The notes: generated by a model from the sequence alone, not told the origin. DNA of 41,329 nucleotides from Chiloscyllium plagiosum (GCF_004010195.1 NC_057720.1:26747369-26788697); one strand, 5' to 3'; shown: positions 13,307-25,590, counted from the first letter of the stretch. Translations and numbers: made by a program.

Positions 13307-14354
13307 TGTTAGCGCGGATGAAATGATATCAGTCCAAGCCCAGAGTGCGGGTCAACAATCGGTAATGTTGATTGATACAGTAACACCGGGGGAAACCAAC
13401 CGAGGTCCGAATCTCGGCTGTTCTGCTGTTCCCGCGCGCTGCTACACATTATATACCTTTCTTTGTCAGGATGTGAGGATTTTGAGTATGAATGGGATGA
13501 TAGTTCCCCATCATCGCTGGAGTAGGTGCAAATGGTGGGTTTCCTGCCGTCCCAGGAGAGTTGCAGTGTACACACAATAGGGTGCTAACTGGATTATGTA
13601 AACGGGTCCGGGTACGATCTGCTTGTCTCTCTCTGTGAGGGCTGGGGGCTAGCACCCCACTTTGTTCCCTTGGGGTGCTGGTGTGTATTAGTCTGATCGT
13701 TCCTGTCTGGTGGATGCCTGTCCTTTGTGTCAGGATGATTCTGTATTGATGAATATGGGTGTGTTTCAGTCAATCTCTTGATTTGATTAGGAGATGGGTT
13801 TCCATATTAATTAGCTCCGGAGTTTCGGTCTATGAGTCATGGTTAGTGTCTGGCCTAGTGTGAATGTGATCTATCCTCTGGCTCCCATCTCCCGGTCACG
13901 TGGGCGGACCGGCAGCTGCTGNNNNNNNNNNNNNNNNNNNNNNNNNNNNNNNNNNNNNNNNNNNNNNNNNNNNNNNNNNNNNNNNNNNNNNNNNNNNNNN
14001 NNNNNNNNNNNNNNNNNGTCCAGGTAAATTTAAGGTCAGGCCTTAGTGTCAGGATGGTTCTGTATTGATGAATATGGGTGTGTTTCAGTCAGTCTCTTGA
14101 TTTGATTAGGAGATGGGTTTCCATATTAATTAGCTCCGGAGTTTCGGTCTATGAGTCATGGTTAGTGTCTGGCCGAGTGTGGATTTGATCTGTCCTCTGG
14201 CTCCCATCTCCCGGTCACGTGGGCGGACCAGCAGCTGCTGACTTCTGTGGGTTTAAGCTGCGGCTGCCGTTTAAAACACAATGAATTCCTTTCGTTTTAC
14301 CGATGTAGGCATAGTCCCGTGGCAAATGTGGGGTGGCTCTGATGCCCGCTTGCA
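13307..14354 (-). mobile_element. Solo LTR (class I ERV- or Gypsy-like) inserted in CR1 ORF1
   Basis: TGTTAGCG...CGCTTGCA termini; 4-bp TSD CTAC (13303-13306, 14355-14358); empty site in copy 1 (~3965-3985); on - strand TATATAA (13449-13455) then AATCAA polyA-like signal (13368-13373). Confidence 0.82.
13922..14017. other. Assembly gap (N run)
   Basis: Run of N. Confidence 1.
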
Positions 14355-15647
14355 CTACCTTTGTGGTCCTTCTCTTTAACTTCTCTCCCAACTCCCTGAA
14401 TTCTTCTTTCAGGTCCTCATCCCATTTTTTACTTATATCGTTGGTGCCTTTATGCAGCAAGACAACTGGCTGTTCACCCTCCCCTTTTAGAATGCTCTGC
14501 AGCCAATCGGTGACATCCCTGACCCGAGCACCTGGGAGGCAACATACCATCCGGAGGTCCTGTATTCGGCAACAGAACCACCTATCTACCCCCCTCACAA
14601 TAGAATCCCCTATGACTTTGGCCCTACGAGTCTTTTTCCCGACCTTCTGAACAGCAGTGCCCTCCACAGTGCCATGATCCTGGCAACTGCTGCCCTCCCC
14701 GGTGAGCCATCTCCCCCAACAGTATCCAAAACATATACCTGGTTTGGAGGGAGATGACCGCAGGGGACACCTGCACTGCCTTCCTACACTTTTTCTGTCT
14801 TTTGGTCACCCATTCACTGTCTCCCTCAGCAATCCTATCCTGCGATGTGACCAGTTCACTAAACATGCTATCCACGACCTCCTCAGCATCACGGATGCTC
14901 CACAGTGAGTCCATCCACAGCTCCAGAGCCGTCATGCGGTCAAACAACAGCTGCAGCTGGACACACTTCTTGCAAGTGTAAGAGTCAGGAATGTCAGACA
15001 CGTTCCTAACCTTCCACATCAAGCAAGAGGCACATGGTCCCCTGCCATTGTAAGCTTAGCTTTATATGAACTAACTAAACCCAAACAATGTACTTAAGTA
15101 TATGAAAAATAAAGATATAGAAAAAAATAAAAGCCTTACCTTTCTTCCGTTTAGAGGAGGGGGGGCAGGAAGGAGATATTACACGTGTAGTATCTTGGGC
15201 TTAGCCATTGCCCAAATATAAATTAAGCCCTTACCTTCCCGGCAGCCTTCGCTTCACTCCACCTTCTCTCCTCGCCGCTCTGTCAAAATGGACTAAAAAT
15301 GTACAGGCCATGAATTGAAAACCATATTCTTTATTCTTGTTAGTTATATTGGATACACTGCCAGGAGCACAGAACCACAAGATTGTCCACTACAACTACT
15401 AACTGTGCTGATACTTTGAAATAATGCTCCTCCCTCTTACAATTTACGCATAAGAAAACTCACCATTGATATTGCAGTCTTGACATAATTGTACTATTGA
15501 ATTCCATCCACTCCTTAAATTTTTATTGCAGTTCTTAGATGTTTCCCGAGGGAGTGGGATATCCACATCTGATAATCTAACTCAAAGCTGCAGATCCAGA
15601 AATTCTGGAAAGGTCCATTCTCTAGTTTCTGCAGACAGACTTTTCAT

Positions 15648-16035
15648 TGTGGCTCAGTAAAGTGCTCCACTCTCGAAGTTAAAACACGTTGGGTTCAAGT
15701 GCCACTCCAGGATTTGAACATGTAATCTAGACTGACAGCCAAGTGCAATAATGACAGAATGCTGCATTGACAGAGAAGCCTTTGTTAGGGTGACATTTAA
15801 ATCCAAGGTTATATCTGCTTTTTCAGATGGACACAAAGGTACTATGTCACTTCTTTCAAAGAAAGAAATTGGACTTACCCTTGTGTGCTGACCAATACTT
15901 ATCCCACAACAAACAAATGATCGAGAGATTATCTCTTGGCCGATTGTGGGTGCATGCTGTTCACAAAATGTCTGCCACTTATCCTACATTACAGCAATTA
16001 TACTTCAAAAATACTCAGTACCTGCAAACTGTTGT
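15648..16035 (+). mobile_element. Old tRNA-derived Deu-domain SINE (SacSINE1/AmnSINE1-like), degraded
   Basis: A box-like TGGCTCAGT, B box-like GGTTCAAGTGCC, then AATCTAGACTGACA..GTGCA..TGCTGCATTG..CAGATGGAC..GACCAATACTTATCCC resembling the Deu domain (recalled consensus). Confidence 0.7.
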
Positions 16036-16043
16036 GAAATGTT

Positions 16044-16106
16044 CTGCTTTTTCAGCACCACACTTTTTGACTCTGATCTCCAGCATCTGCAGTCCTCACT
16101 TTCTCC
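16044..16106 (+). mobile_element. Family A PLE pseudo-LTR 3' fragment
   Basis: CTCTGATCTCCAGCATCTGCAGTCCTCACTTTCTCC, identical to the end of 20741-20871. Confidence 0.8.
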
Positions 16107-16489
16107 TGATTCTTCAGTACAGTCTACTCAGACTCACACAATTACCTTCAAAGCAGCAGATATCTTAATCATCAAAGCCTTGTTATTGCGACCAAATCTG
16201 TGTAACTATTCCGTTGTCCTTCCCTTGGAGGTCATGGTAATTTTAAAGGCTGTTCAGCTTCCTAAGGATATTGAAATGATGAGTTGTTATTTTTATGAGC
16301 TGTTCTATACACAGCTATCTCTTTGCAAAAGCTTTGGATTCATCTAATCTCAGCACTCAAGAGAATTCCAACCAGCAACAATTCCCTTCAACCAAATCAA
16401 CTCACTCTTACCACATTTTCTCTGAATAATGTAGGTCAGAACACATGCCACAGGAGATATCTATGTATTAAATAATGATAACACCTCTA

Positions 16490-16865
16490 TATCATGGAAG
16501 AAAAAATTATAAGAGGCATGCATAAGATAGGTAGTTAGAGTCTTTTTTCCCCAGGGTAGAAATGTCAATTGCTGGAGGACATAAGTTTAAGATAAAAGGG
16601 GGAAGTTTGAAGTAGATGTGAGAGGCAACTATTGTTTTACACAAAAGGTGGTAAATGCCCAGAATATTCTGCCAGAGAGGGTGGTTGAGGCAGAAATAAT
16701 AGCAATGTTAAGAGGCATTTTGACAGATACATGAATAAGCAGGGAGTAGAAGAACATAGACTGCATAGAGGCAAAAGGTTTTTAGTTTAGAAAGGTGTCT
16801 TGAATCAGCACAGTCTTGGTGGGATGAAGGACCTGTTCCTGTTCTTTACTGATCTTTGTTCTTTG
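16490..16865 (+). mobile_element. 5'-truncated CR1 3' fragment
   Basis: Degenerate KIxRG..D..LFP, FTQKVV motifs; tail TCTTTGTTCTTTG. Confidence 0.8.
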
Positions 16866-18140
16866 GTCACTCACAGGCAAGACAGCAACATTCATCTTCA
16901 TCAAATGATATCAGTCCATTTCATCCTAGATGATACACCAATGTTTATCAACAAAATAGACATATGGGTCTAAATGAGAAAGTTTCTATCCTTGGAGACT
17001 CTGCAAGTCCCACATGTAATGATCTTCACCTTTCCATCTTTTTCTTAAAATAATTCAACATGCCTCTGCATGAAGCATTCATATTTTCATTTAAGTTCAA
17101 CTGCCGTTCAACTCTCAAAGTCCCTTCAGCTCATATCTTCAGCATAAAGTATTATACTGCTTGCTACCAACAAACTACAATCATGAGACATTAAGGCAAT
17201 TTTAACTCAGTCAATGCATTTCTTTTGAGCTCATTGAGGATTTTTTAACTTTGGTTGGTTCTTTAAAATAGGCAAAATTGAATCAAAGATGTTAGCTCTT
17301 CTTCCAAACTGTAACATTTTGGAAAGCTTACCTCAGACATAAAATTACCCATATCTCACTTTCTAGCTTTTAGTTTTTTGACTTAGAGACTATAGGCACT
17401 ATGTGGGTAACCTCATTGAGTCTCCCCTTTAACTTTTCAGAACAGGGAAAGCGACAGATTCAAGACAGAAGCAATCCTTATTCGATTTGCTTAGAGCTAT
17501 AAAGTAAAAACTATCCCAAACTGATTTTTATAATAACAAATAATGTTAATTTAAAGGAGCACTGAGGAAGTTATGGCAATTACTCATCCATGAAAAGATT
17601 TCAGGCTGGGCCATTGAATGGGAAAACAGCAGAGTGCATTGAATCTCAAAACCCATGTAATTTTTTTTTTGCTGGAGACATCAACCAGAAAAGGAAATCA
17701 ATCATCAGTAGCATTGTCACAGATTGTAGAACCACTCAAAATCCAGAAACGCAGTTAGAAAGTGGATGAACCTGGAATGGCTTCCCTGACTCTTGTTGAC
17801 AATGAATATGCAGAGCTCACCAGGGGAGTGCAGAAAGGACCCATCCAAATATATGGGGTTACATAGGTCTTTGTAGCTCCCTTTATCAACTGATAAAGCT
17901 GACTGAGAGTATCCAGTCTGTCAGTCTTTTTGAGACTAGGGTGCTGAATCTTAATAAAGGAAACTATGAAGATCTGAGGCGGGTTGGCCTCGATAGATAG
18001 GGGAGAGTTACTGAAAGGGATGACAAGTGAATGGCAAACATTCAAGGAACGTATGGAGGAACTGAAACAACTGTTTATTCCTGTCGATACCAAAGCAAAA
18101 TGGGTAAGAGGGCCAATTCATGGCTTACAAAGGAAATTAG

Positions 18141-18405
18141 GCATGATTCAGAGATGCCTGTGTTGGACTGGGGTGTACAAAGTTAAAAATCACACAACAC
18201 CAGGTTATAGTCCAACAGGTTTAATTGGAAGCACACTAGCTTTCGGAGCGACGCTCCTTCATCAAGTGATTGTGGAGGGCTCGATCGTAACACAGAATTT
18301 ATAGCAAAAATTTGCAGCGTCATGTAACTGAAATTATACATTGAAGAATTGATTGTCTGTTAAGCCTTTCATCTGTTAGAATACAGTGTGATAGTTTCAC
18401 TTCAC
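18141..18405 (-). mobile_element. PLE family B pseudo-LTR insertion with hammerhead (C3U variant) at ~18233-18268
   Basis: TSD GGAAATTAG (18132-18140, 18406-18414); - strand CAC-TTGATGA-A-GGAGC-GTC-GCTCC-GAAA-GCTA-GTG; homologous to 22947-23260 and 25693-25810. Confidence 0.85.
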
Positions 18406-18750
18406 GGAAATTAGAGATAGTATCCAATTCAATCTAAGAAAGAAACTGACCAATTGGTCAAGAAAAACAATGATCTGAGGATTGGGAGCAGTTTAGAATT
18501 CAGCAAAGAAAGACCAAGGGATTGATTAAGAAGGGGAAAATACAGGATGAAATTAAACTTGCAGAGAACGTAAAGACTGACACTAAGAGATTCTATGGGT
18601 ACGTGAAGAGAAAGAGATTAGTGAAGATAAGTGTAGGTCCCCGACAGACACAAATGGGGTGATGTATAATAGGGGACAAAGAAATGGCTAAGTAACTGAA
18701 TATATATTTTAGCTCTGTCTTCACAAAAGAGGACACAAATCAATGGTTAG

Positions 18751-19070
18751 CTCTCCCTGCATTCCATGAGATCTAACTTTGCTAACCAGTCTCCCATGGG
18801 GAACCTTGTTGAATGCTTTACTGAAGTCCATATAGATCACATCCTCATCAAAGCTCTTTGTTACTTCTTCAAAAGCCTCAATCAAGTTCGTGAAACATGA
18901 TTTATAATACCATGGGCCCTATCTTGATCAGCAGTCTCCTGTGCAGCACTTTGTCAAAGACCTTCTTGAAGTCCAGACAGATAACATCCATTGGCTATCC
19001 TTGGCCTAACCTGCTCATTACCTCCTCAAAGAATTCTAACAAATTTGTCAGGCATGGCCTCCCCTTGATG
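18751..19070 (-). mobile_element. Two tandem inverted CR1 RT fragments covering the same RT segment
   Basis: 18751-18903 and 18904-19070 each encode, on -, the NL..F.EVT...YxDFxKxFxKV.H.RL region, with different nucleotide sequences. Confidence 0.8.
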
Positions 19071-20740
19071 ATATTCAAAAAGAGAGGTAAAGAGAAACCA
19101 GGGAATAATATACCAGCAAGCCAAACATCGGTAGTGAGGAAAATTCTCTAATCCATTATCAAGGACTTGATAGTGGAACATTTAGAAAGCTGTGGCAGGA
19201 TCAGGCAGCATCGGCATGAAATTATGAAGGGGAAATCATGCTTGACAAATCTGTTGTAGTTAACTAGTAGAGTTGACAAGGGGAAGCCAGTCAATGTGGT
19301 ATATTCAGACTTTCAGAGAGCTTTTGACATAGTCCCACAAGAGAGATTATTGTGCAAGATTAAAACACATGGGATTGGGGAAAGTGTATTGAGATAGATA
19401 GAAAACTGATTGGCAGAGAGGAAACAAAGAGTAGGAATTAATGGGTCCTTTTCAAATTGGCAGGGAGGAACTGGTGAGGTGCCACAGGGATCGGTGCTAG
19501 TTCCCCAGCTATTTACAATATATATTAATGATTTGGATGAGGGAACAAAATGTAACATATCAAAGTTTACAGATGATACCAAGTTGAGTGGGAGGATGAA
19601 CTGTGATGAGGATACAGAGATCCTTCAGATCTGGATAGGTTGGGTGCGTAAATCAATGGCGGATACAGTATAATGTGAAGTTATTCACTTTGCAAGCAAA
19701 AACAAGATGGCAGATTACTACCTGAATGGATGTAAATTGGGAAAGGAGTATGCAGAGGACCTGGGTGTCCTTGTGCACCAGTCACTGAAAGTAGGTATGT
19801 AGGTGTAGCAGACGGTAAAGAAGGAAAATGGTATGTTGGTCTTCATTGCGAGAGATTTTGAGTACAGGAGCAGGGATGTGTTGTTGCAGTTACACAGGGC
19901 CTTGTTGAGGCCACATCTGGAATACTGTGTGCAGGTTTTGTCTCCTTTTCTGGGGAAGGATGCTTTTGCTCCCGAGGGTGTGCAGTAAAGGTTTACCAGG
20001 CTGATTGTAGGGATGGCTGGACTAATGCATGAGGAGAGATTGACTAGATTAGCATTGTTTTTGCTGGAGTTCAGATGAGTCAGGGATGATCTCATAGAGA
20101 CATATAAAATTCTAATGGGACTAGACAGGATGGACGCAGGGAGGATGTTCCCGATGGTGGGTGTGTTCAAAACCAGGAGTCTCAGTCTGAGGATTCAGGG
20201 TGGATCATTTAGGTCAGAGATGAGGAGACATTTCTTTACCGAAAGAGTGGTAAGCCTGTGGAATTCATTACCACAAGAAGTAGTTGACGCCAAAACATTG
20301 AATGTATTCAAGGAACGGCTAGATATAGACGAATGGGATCAAAGCTTTTAGGGAGAAAGCAGGATTAGGCTGTTGAGTTGATGATTAATGGCATGAGCAG
20401 TCTCGAAGGGCTGAATGGCCTCCTCCTACTCTTATCTTCTATGTTTCTATGTATCACTGATTTCCATTCCCATTTGCATGTAACCACCTGACAAAGGAGA
20501 AATGGCGGTTAGTAAGTCTTCCATTTCCAGGGATCATTTCTGCCATAATGAAGTTGCCCATTAAGAGACAGTGCCCTGTAACACTTCGTTTGTCATCACT
20601 TAACGCAATTGTAGCATTGTTGAGAGCTCAGTATCTTTGTATTGCCTTGTCCATGTTACTGTGGGTTTTTTTTTTAAAAAAAAGGACAAGGCTAAAGCAA
20701 TAGAATTGAAGTTATAATTGTTTTCAGTTGACCAATAGCA

Positions 20741-20871
20741 TCATTCCTGATGAAGGGCTTATGCCTGAAATATTGATTCTCCTGTTCCTCAGATGCTGCC
20801 CGACCTGCTGTGCTTTTCCAGCACCACACTCCCAACTCTGATCTCCAGCATCTGCAGTCCTCACTTTCTCC
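20741..20871 (+). mobile_element. Family A PLE pseudo-LTR, single arm, degenerate hammerhead
   Basis: ATTC-CTGATGA-AGGGCTTATGCCT-GAAA-TATT-GATT followed by GATGCTGCC..CAGCATCTGCAGTCCTCACTTTCTCC. Confidence 0.85.
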
Positions 20872-20949
20872 CAACAGACATTTGCTGGCCTGTTATGATC
20901 ATTCCTCACAGACATTGAAATACGCCAATGCCATTGGGTTCAGGTATCT

Positions 20950-21812
20950 AGATAAATTGACTTCCTTGGTCAGAACGTTGAGTATATGAGTTGGGAGCGC
21001 CATGTTGCAGCTGTACAGGACATTGTGAGGCCATTTTTGGAATATTTCATGCAATTCTGGTCACCCTTCTACAGGAAGGATATTGTTAAACTTGAAAGAG
21101 TTCAGACAAGATTTGCAAGCATGTTGCCAGGCCTAGAGAGTTTGAGATTAGTGGTGCTGGAAGAGCACAGCAGTTCAGGCAGCATCCAAGGAGCTTCGAA
21201 ATCGACGTTTTGGGCAAAAGCCCTTCATCAGGAATAAAGGCAGTGAGCCTGAAGCGTGGAGAGATAAGCTAGAGGAGGGTGGGGGTGGGGAGAAAGTAGC
21301 ATAGAGTACAGTGGGTGAGTGGGGGAGGGGATGACGGTGATAGGTCAGGGAGGAGAGGGTGGAGTGGATTTTTACCTAGAGGGTTTGAGCCAAGGGGAGA
21401 GGCTGAATCAGCTGCAGCTTTTTTTCCCTGGAGCGTTGGAAATAGAGGTTTATAAAATTAGGACTGGCATACATAGGATGAATAGCCAAAGTTTTTTTTT
21501 CCTGGGGTAGTGTGTTCAAAACTAGAGGACATAGCTTTATGGTGAGAGGGGAAATCCTTAAAAAGACCTGATGGGTAAGTTTTTCACATAGAGGGTGGTG
21601 CATGTATGGAATGAGCTACCAGAGGAAGTGATGGAGGCTGGTAAAATTACAACATTTAAAAGGCATCTGGATGGATATATGAATAGAAAGGGTTTAGAGG
21701 GATATGGGCCAAGTGCTGGCAAATGGGACTCCGTTAGATTGGGATGGTTGGGCGACATGAACAAGTTGGACTGAAGGGTCTGCTTCCTTGCTGTAAGACT
21801 CTATGATTCTGT
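20950..21812 (+). mobile_element. CR1 3' fragment, same subfamily as 1-2472
   Basis: RPFLEYFMQFWSPFYRKDIVKLERVQ; tail GACTCTATGATTCT. Confidence 0.92.
21147..21374 (-). mobile_element. PLE 3' end/pseudo-LTR inserted into CR1
   Basis: TSD CCTAGAG(A/G)GTTTGAG (21132-21146, 21375-21389); near-identical to the arms of 38303-40057; hammerhead on - with GAAA>AAAA. Confidence 0.88.
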
Positions 21813-22432
21813 AACACCAAATCTCGGCTTCGACTCAACTTACACTTGATTATTCAGGACTGCTCCTATTTCTTATTTATCTATCCCCAAAAGGGTGTGT
21901 TTTGCTATTTCTTCATTAAACTACTATTTTCAGCACCTCAGAGTAGTGGCATACAGCCCACAGAGAAAAGACAAAATCAACCAGAAGATTGATTTTATGC
22001 CCTAGGCTTCTCTTGCTGTGCATATTAAAGCAGCATTGATGTAACCCTTTAAGGTATTTACAGTTCAGTCTATCCTCATTGTCAGAAAAAGAATCAAATT
22101 CGAGCAAAAATGTAATGACATCAAGAGTGAAATTATTTACTCACACCTTTAATTGAACTGGATTGTTCAGTTAAAATGGTGATTGCAAATTAAAGGCAGA
22201 GCTTAAATGCCAACCAGACCGCATTACTGACTCTATTTCCTGAATATACCTCTCAGCCACGAGAATGTATTGTACCAACCAATGGGAATGAATGTTTGGT
22301 CATATCATAAAAATACTCTTTGAACTTTGCTTCTAAATTTAAAGGGGGCTAGTCTCATCATTGAACATGGATGAATGTTTCAATATGTTAAAATATTGAC
22401 TGAATTTCAAACTAACCACACTATCTGTATAA

Positions 22433-22565
22433 ATGCAAATTACTGCAGATGCTGGAATCTGAAATCAACAGAGAAAATGCTGGAAAATCTCAGCAGGTCT
22501 AGCAGCATCTGTAAGGAGAGAAAAGAGCTGACATTTCGAGTCAAGCTGACCCTTTGTCAAAGCTG
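22433..22565 (-). mobile_element. Older PLE-derived pseudo-LTR fragment (family D)
   Basis: ACTGCAGATGCTGGAATCTGAAA..ATGCTGGAAAATCTCAGCAGGTCTAGCAGCATCTG; on - a decayed hammerhead (TTGACAA-GGGTCA..TGACTC-GAAA-TGTC); similar to 29408-29470 and 30680-30775. Confidence 0.65.
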
Positions 22566-22665
22566 TATGCATTATCTGTATGCTCTGTCCATTAAAATAA
22601 CACCGAGCTTGCAGTTGCCTGCCACTTCACACACCACAATGTTCTCATACTAGCATTTCTTAAAA

Positions 22666-22931
22666 TTAGATTAGATTAGATTAGATTCCCTACAGTGTGG
22701 AAACAGGCCCTTCGCCCCAACCAGTCCACACCGACCCTCCAAAGAATAACCCATCCAGACCCATTTCACTCTGACTAATACACCTAACACTATGGGCAAT
22801 TTAGCATGGCCAATTCACCTAACCTGCATATCTTTGGACTGTGGGAGGAAACCGGAGCACCCAGAGGAAACCTACGCAGATACAGGGAGAATGTGCAAAC
22901 TCTACACAGACAGTCACCCGAGGCTGGAATC
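22666..22931 (-). mobile_element. HE1-like V-SINE, tRNA head truncated
   Basis: V-domain TGCGTAGGTTTCCTCTGGGTGCTCCGGTTTCCTCCCACAGTCCAAAGA; CR1-like tail ending in (AATCT)n. Confidence 0.9.
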
Positions 22932-23038
22932 GTTTTTGGTTTGAAATTAAAAAAAAAATAACACAACACCAAGTTGTAGTCCAAAATGTTTAATTGGAAG
23001 CACTAGCTTTCAGAGCACTGTTCCTTCATCAGGTGGTT

Positions 23039-23173
23039 ATAGAGTCATAGAGATGTACAGGATGGAAACAGACCCTTCAGTCCAACCCGTCCATGCCGAC
23101 CAGATATCCCAACCCAATCTCGTCCCACCTGCCAGCAACCGGCCTATATCCCTCCAAACCCTTCCTGTTCATA
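23039..23173 (-). mobile_element. CR1 3'-tail fragment inserted in the family B PLE
   Basis: Reverse complement of 2335-2472; PLE sequence resumes at ~23174. Confidence 0.9.
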
Positions 23174-23590
23174 TAGAATCGTAAGACACAGAATTTATAG
23201 CAAAAGTTTACAGCATGATGTAACTGAAATTATACATTGAAAAGACCAAGATTGTTTAAGTCTCTCATCTTTTAGAATGGGCATGTTGGTTTCAGTTCTT
23301 TCTGAAATTCTGGAACTTTCTTAAAGTTACATTCTCAAGTGAATTTTAACAGTTGGTGCCATGTTGGCCCTGATAATGCATTGAAGGTGTTCCCACCAAG
23401 TCGGAGAACATTTCAACAGTCCAGGACATTCGACCTCCGACCTTCAGGTGACTGTCCTCCAAGGCAGATGTCAGGACAGGCAACAATGCAAAGTGGCTGA
23501 GCAGAGTCTGATAGCCAAGTTCGGTACCCATGGTGATGGCCTCAACCAGGACCATGAGTTCATGTCACACTACAGGTGACCCCAGTGCAC

Positions 23591-23857
23591 TACACACTCA
23601 CACAGACAGACACACACTCGCAGACAGCAGATAGACAGACACTTAAAGACACACACACACACATTCCTACAGACCCATACACTCACACAGACCCTCTCTC
23701 ACACACAAGCTTTCTTTCATATGCTCACAGATACACTCCCGCACTCACACAAACACTTTCTCACAGACTTATAACCACTTACACTCACACTCACACACAT
23801 ACGCATACACACAATCTCCACCCCCGCATACACACACCCACATGCATACACACATAC
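23591..23857. repeat. Degenerate (CA)n-rich tract in PLE 3'UTR
   Basis: CA/CACACT low-complexity sequence. Confidence 0.9.
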
Positions 23858-24169
23858 AAGTTTGTGGGATAAATTTGTACTTGCAGAATTACATTTTATT
23901 TTACTCAAAAACTGCTTAAATCCATGGAAGATGCTGTAAATCCCATTTTTAGATTAGAATCAGTCTGAATATTGGGGCACAGACAGCCTTACACAGGGCA
24001 CCTCACACCTTCAATGCATTATCTGTGCCAACATGGCACCTATTTTTAAAGTTCATTTGAGAATTTAATTTTAAGAAAGTTATGGAATTTACATATGAAA
24101 GAACTGAAACCAACATGCCCATTGTAAATGATGAGAGACCCCAGTCCAACACCGGCATCTCCAAATTAT

Positions 24170-24645
24170 TTCTGTCTCGGGTCTGCTGCAGGACACAAGC
24201 AAAGTGCAATGTAATCTGGTGAGACAGCAACTCATCTTCTGCCTATATACCTTACAGCCCTTAGAACTCAACATTGACTTTAGCAATTTCAGAATGTGGA
24301 CTCCCTCCCCCATATTTGTTATCCACCCCCACATTCTAAGGTCCTGCTTTGTTTGGGTTTCTCCAGAAAAGCCAATCTATATTCAATTATTCATACTTCT
24401 CATTAGCACCATACTCATCATTTATCTTTCTCTCAGCTTATCATCAGCAATCTCTTTGTTTATCTCTCTTTTCTTTTCTCTCTCTTCCTGCCCCAACTGA
24501 CTCCACATATTCTATGCACTCCTTCCAGTCATCAGCATAAATACCATGCTTTCCTTTCAGTTTTGACTGGACATAAAATGTTTACTGTGTTCCTCCCATT
24601 GCCAGATGCTGACAGATTTTCAGCTTCCAGAATTCTTTGTTTTAT
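24170..24645 (+). mobile_element. Old PLE 3' end: GIY-YIG C-terminal peptide, pyrimidine-rich UTR, decayed pseudo-LTR
   Basis: QQLIFCLYTLQPLELNIDFSNFR resembles the PLE motif EQHLIFRLGTLQP.GLN. Confidence 0.65.
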
Positions 24646-24879
24646 ATCATTGTCTATAAAGTTTTATGAGATGCCCTGAGACTGTGGAAGATGCTATAAA
24701 ATGCAAGTTCTTTCTTTCTTCAATATACTGGCAATATAATTAAATATGGAAGATCCAAAGTATATAATTTGGGTGGTGGGGAGGAGTGGGGAAGCTGAAA
24801 AAAGAAACAAGCCTCAATTGTGTTACAGAGAAGGGAGAAAAGATAAGGATAGCCTACCAGGTCGGATATGAAGCAGAGA

Positions 24880-25590
24880 TATTCTGAGGTATCTGGGCAT
24901 ACAAGTCAACACATCCCTGAAAGTGGCAACAAAGACGGATAAGGTGTTCAAGAAGGCACACAGCACCCTTGCCTTCATTGACCAGGGCATCAAATCTCAA
25001 AGTTGGCAAGTTGTGTTCCAGCTGTACAAAACTTGAGTTAAGCCAGGTTTGGAATATTGCATGCAGTTCTGGTCGCCGTATGACCAGAAGGGCGTGGATG
25101 ATTTGGAAAGCACGCAGAAAAGATTTACTAGAATGCTGCCAGGCTGGAGGATTTTAGTTAAGAGGAGAGGTTGGATAAACCTAGACTGTTTTCATTAGAG
25201 TGATGGAGGCTGAGGGGGCAACCTGATATAGGCCTACAAAATTATGAGAGGGTTAGATAGGGTAGATAGTCAGAGGGTTTTTTTCCCCTAGGATGGAAAG
25301 ATCAGCTGCAAGAGGGCACAGTTTCAAGGTGAGAAGGGGAAAGTTTAGGGGAGAAGTGAGGGGAAACTTTTTCACACAGAGGATGATGAGTGGCTGGAAT
25401 GTACTACTAGTGGAGATGGTGAAAGCAGACACGTTAGCAATGTTTATCTTGATAGACACATGAGCGGAAGGCGAACAGAGGGATAGAAACCGTGCATGGA
25501 CAATAAGTAGTGGATCTAAACAAGGATTAGGATTTGGTGCAGGCTTGGTGGACTGAAAGGCCTGTTTCTATGGTGTATTGAATTGTATTG
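24880..25590 (+). mobile_element. CR1 3' fragment
   Basis: LEYCMQFWSP, KRFTRMLPGW, RGHSFKV, NFFTQR; tail (TTGTA)n. Confidence 0.88.

Larger units (their letters stand above)
10088..15293 (-). mobile_element. Near full-length CR1-type LINE (copy 2), same subfamily as copy 1, interrupted by a solo LTR
   Basis: Reverse complement matches copy 1 from 5' GTCCATTTTGACAGAG to the 3' tail; ORF-track peptides nearly identical (e.g. GDSIVRGVDR, MVCCLPGARVRD, WQMDFNPDKCEVMHLG). Confidence 0.95.
17935..20453 (+). mobile_element. 5'-truncated CR1 (different subfamily) with internal insertions and inversions
   Basis: KGKSCLTNL, DFQRAFD, VPQGSVLVPQLF, KFTDDTKL, RPHLEYCVQ, FFTERVVSLWNSLP; tail (TTCTATGT)n at ~20437-20453. 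Confidence 0.9.
22947..24167. mobile_element. PLE family B remnant: inverted 3'UTR/pseudo-LTR plus GIY-YIG endonuclease C-terminus
   Basis: + strand ~23400-23579 reads VGEHFNSPGHSTSDLQVTVLQG..KVAEQSLIAKFGTHGDGLN..MSHYR*; 23260-23390 is an inverted copy of ~24005-24140; hammerhead on - at 23001-23035. Confidence 0.85.

Noticed and set aside
17660..17935. Coding-looking purine-rich stretch
   Set aside because: Short frames with stops, no recognisable motif or convincing splice pair.
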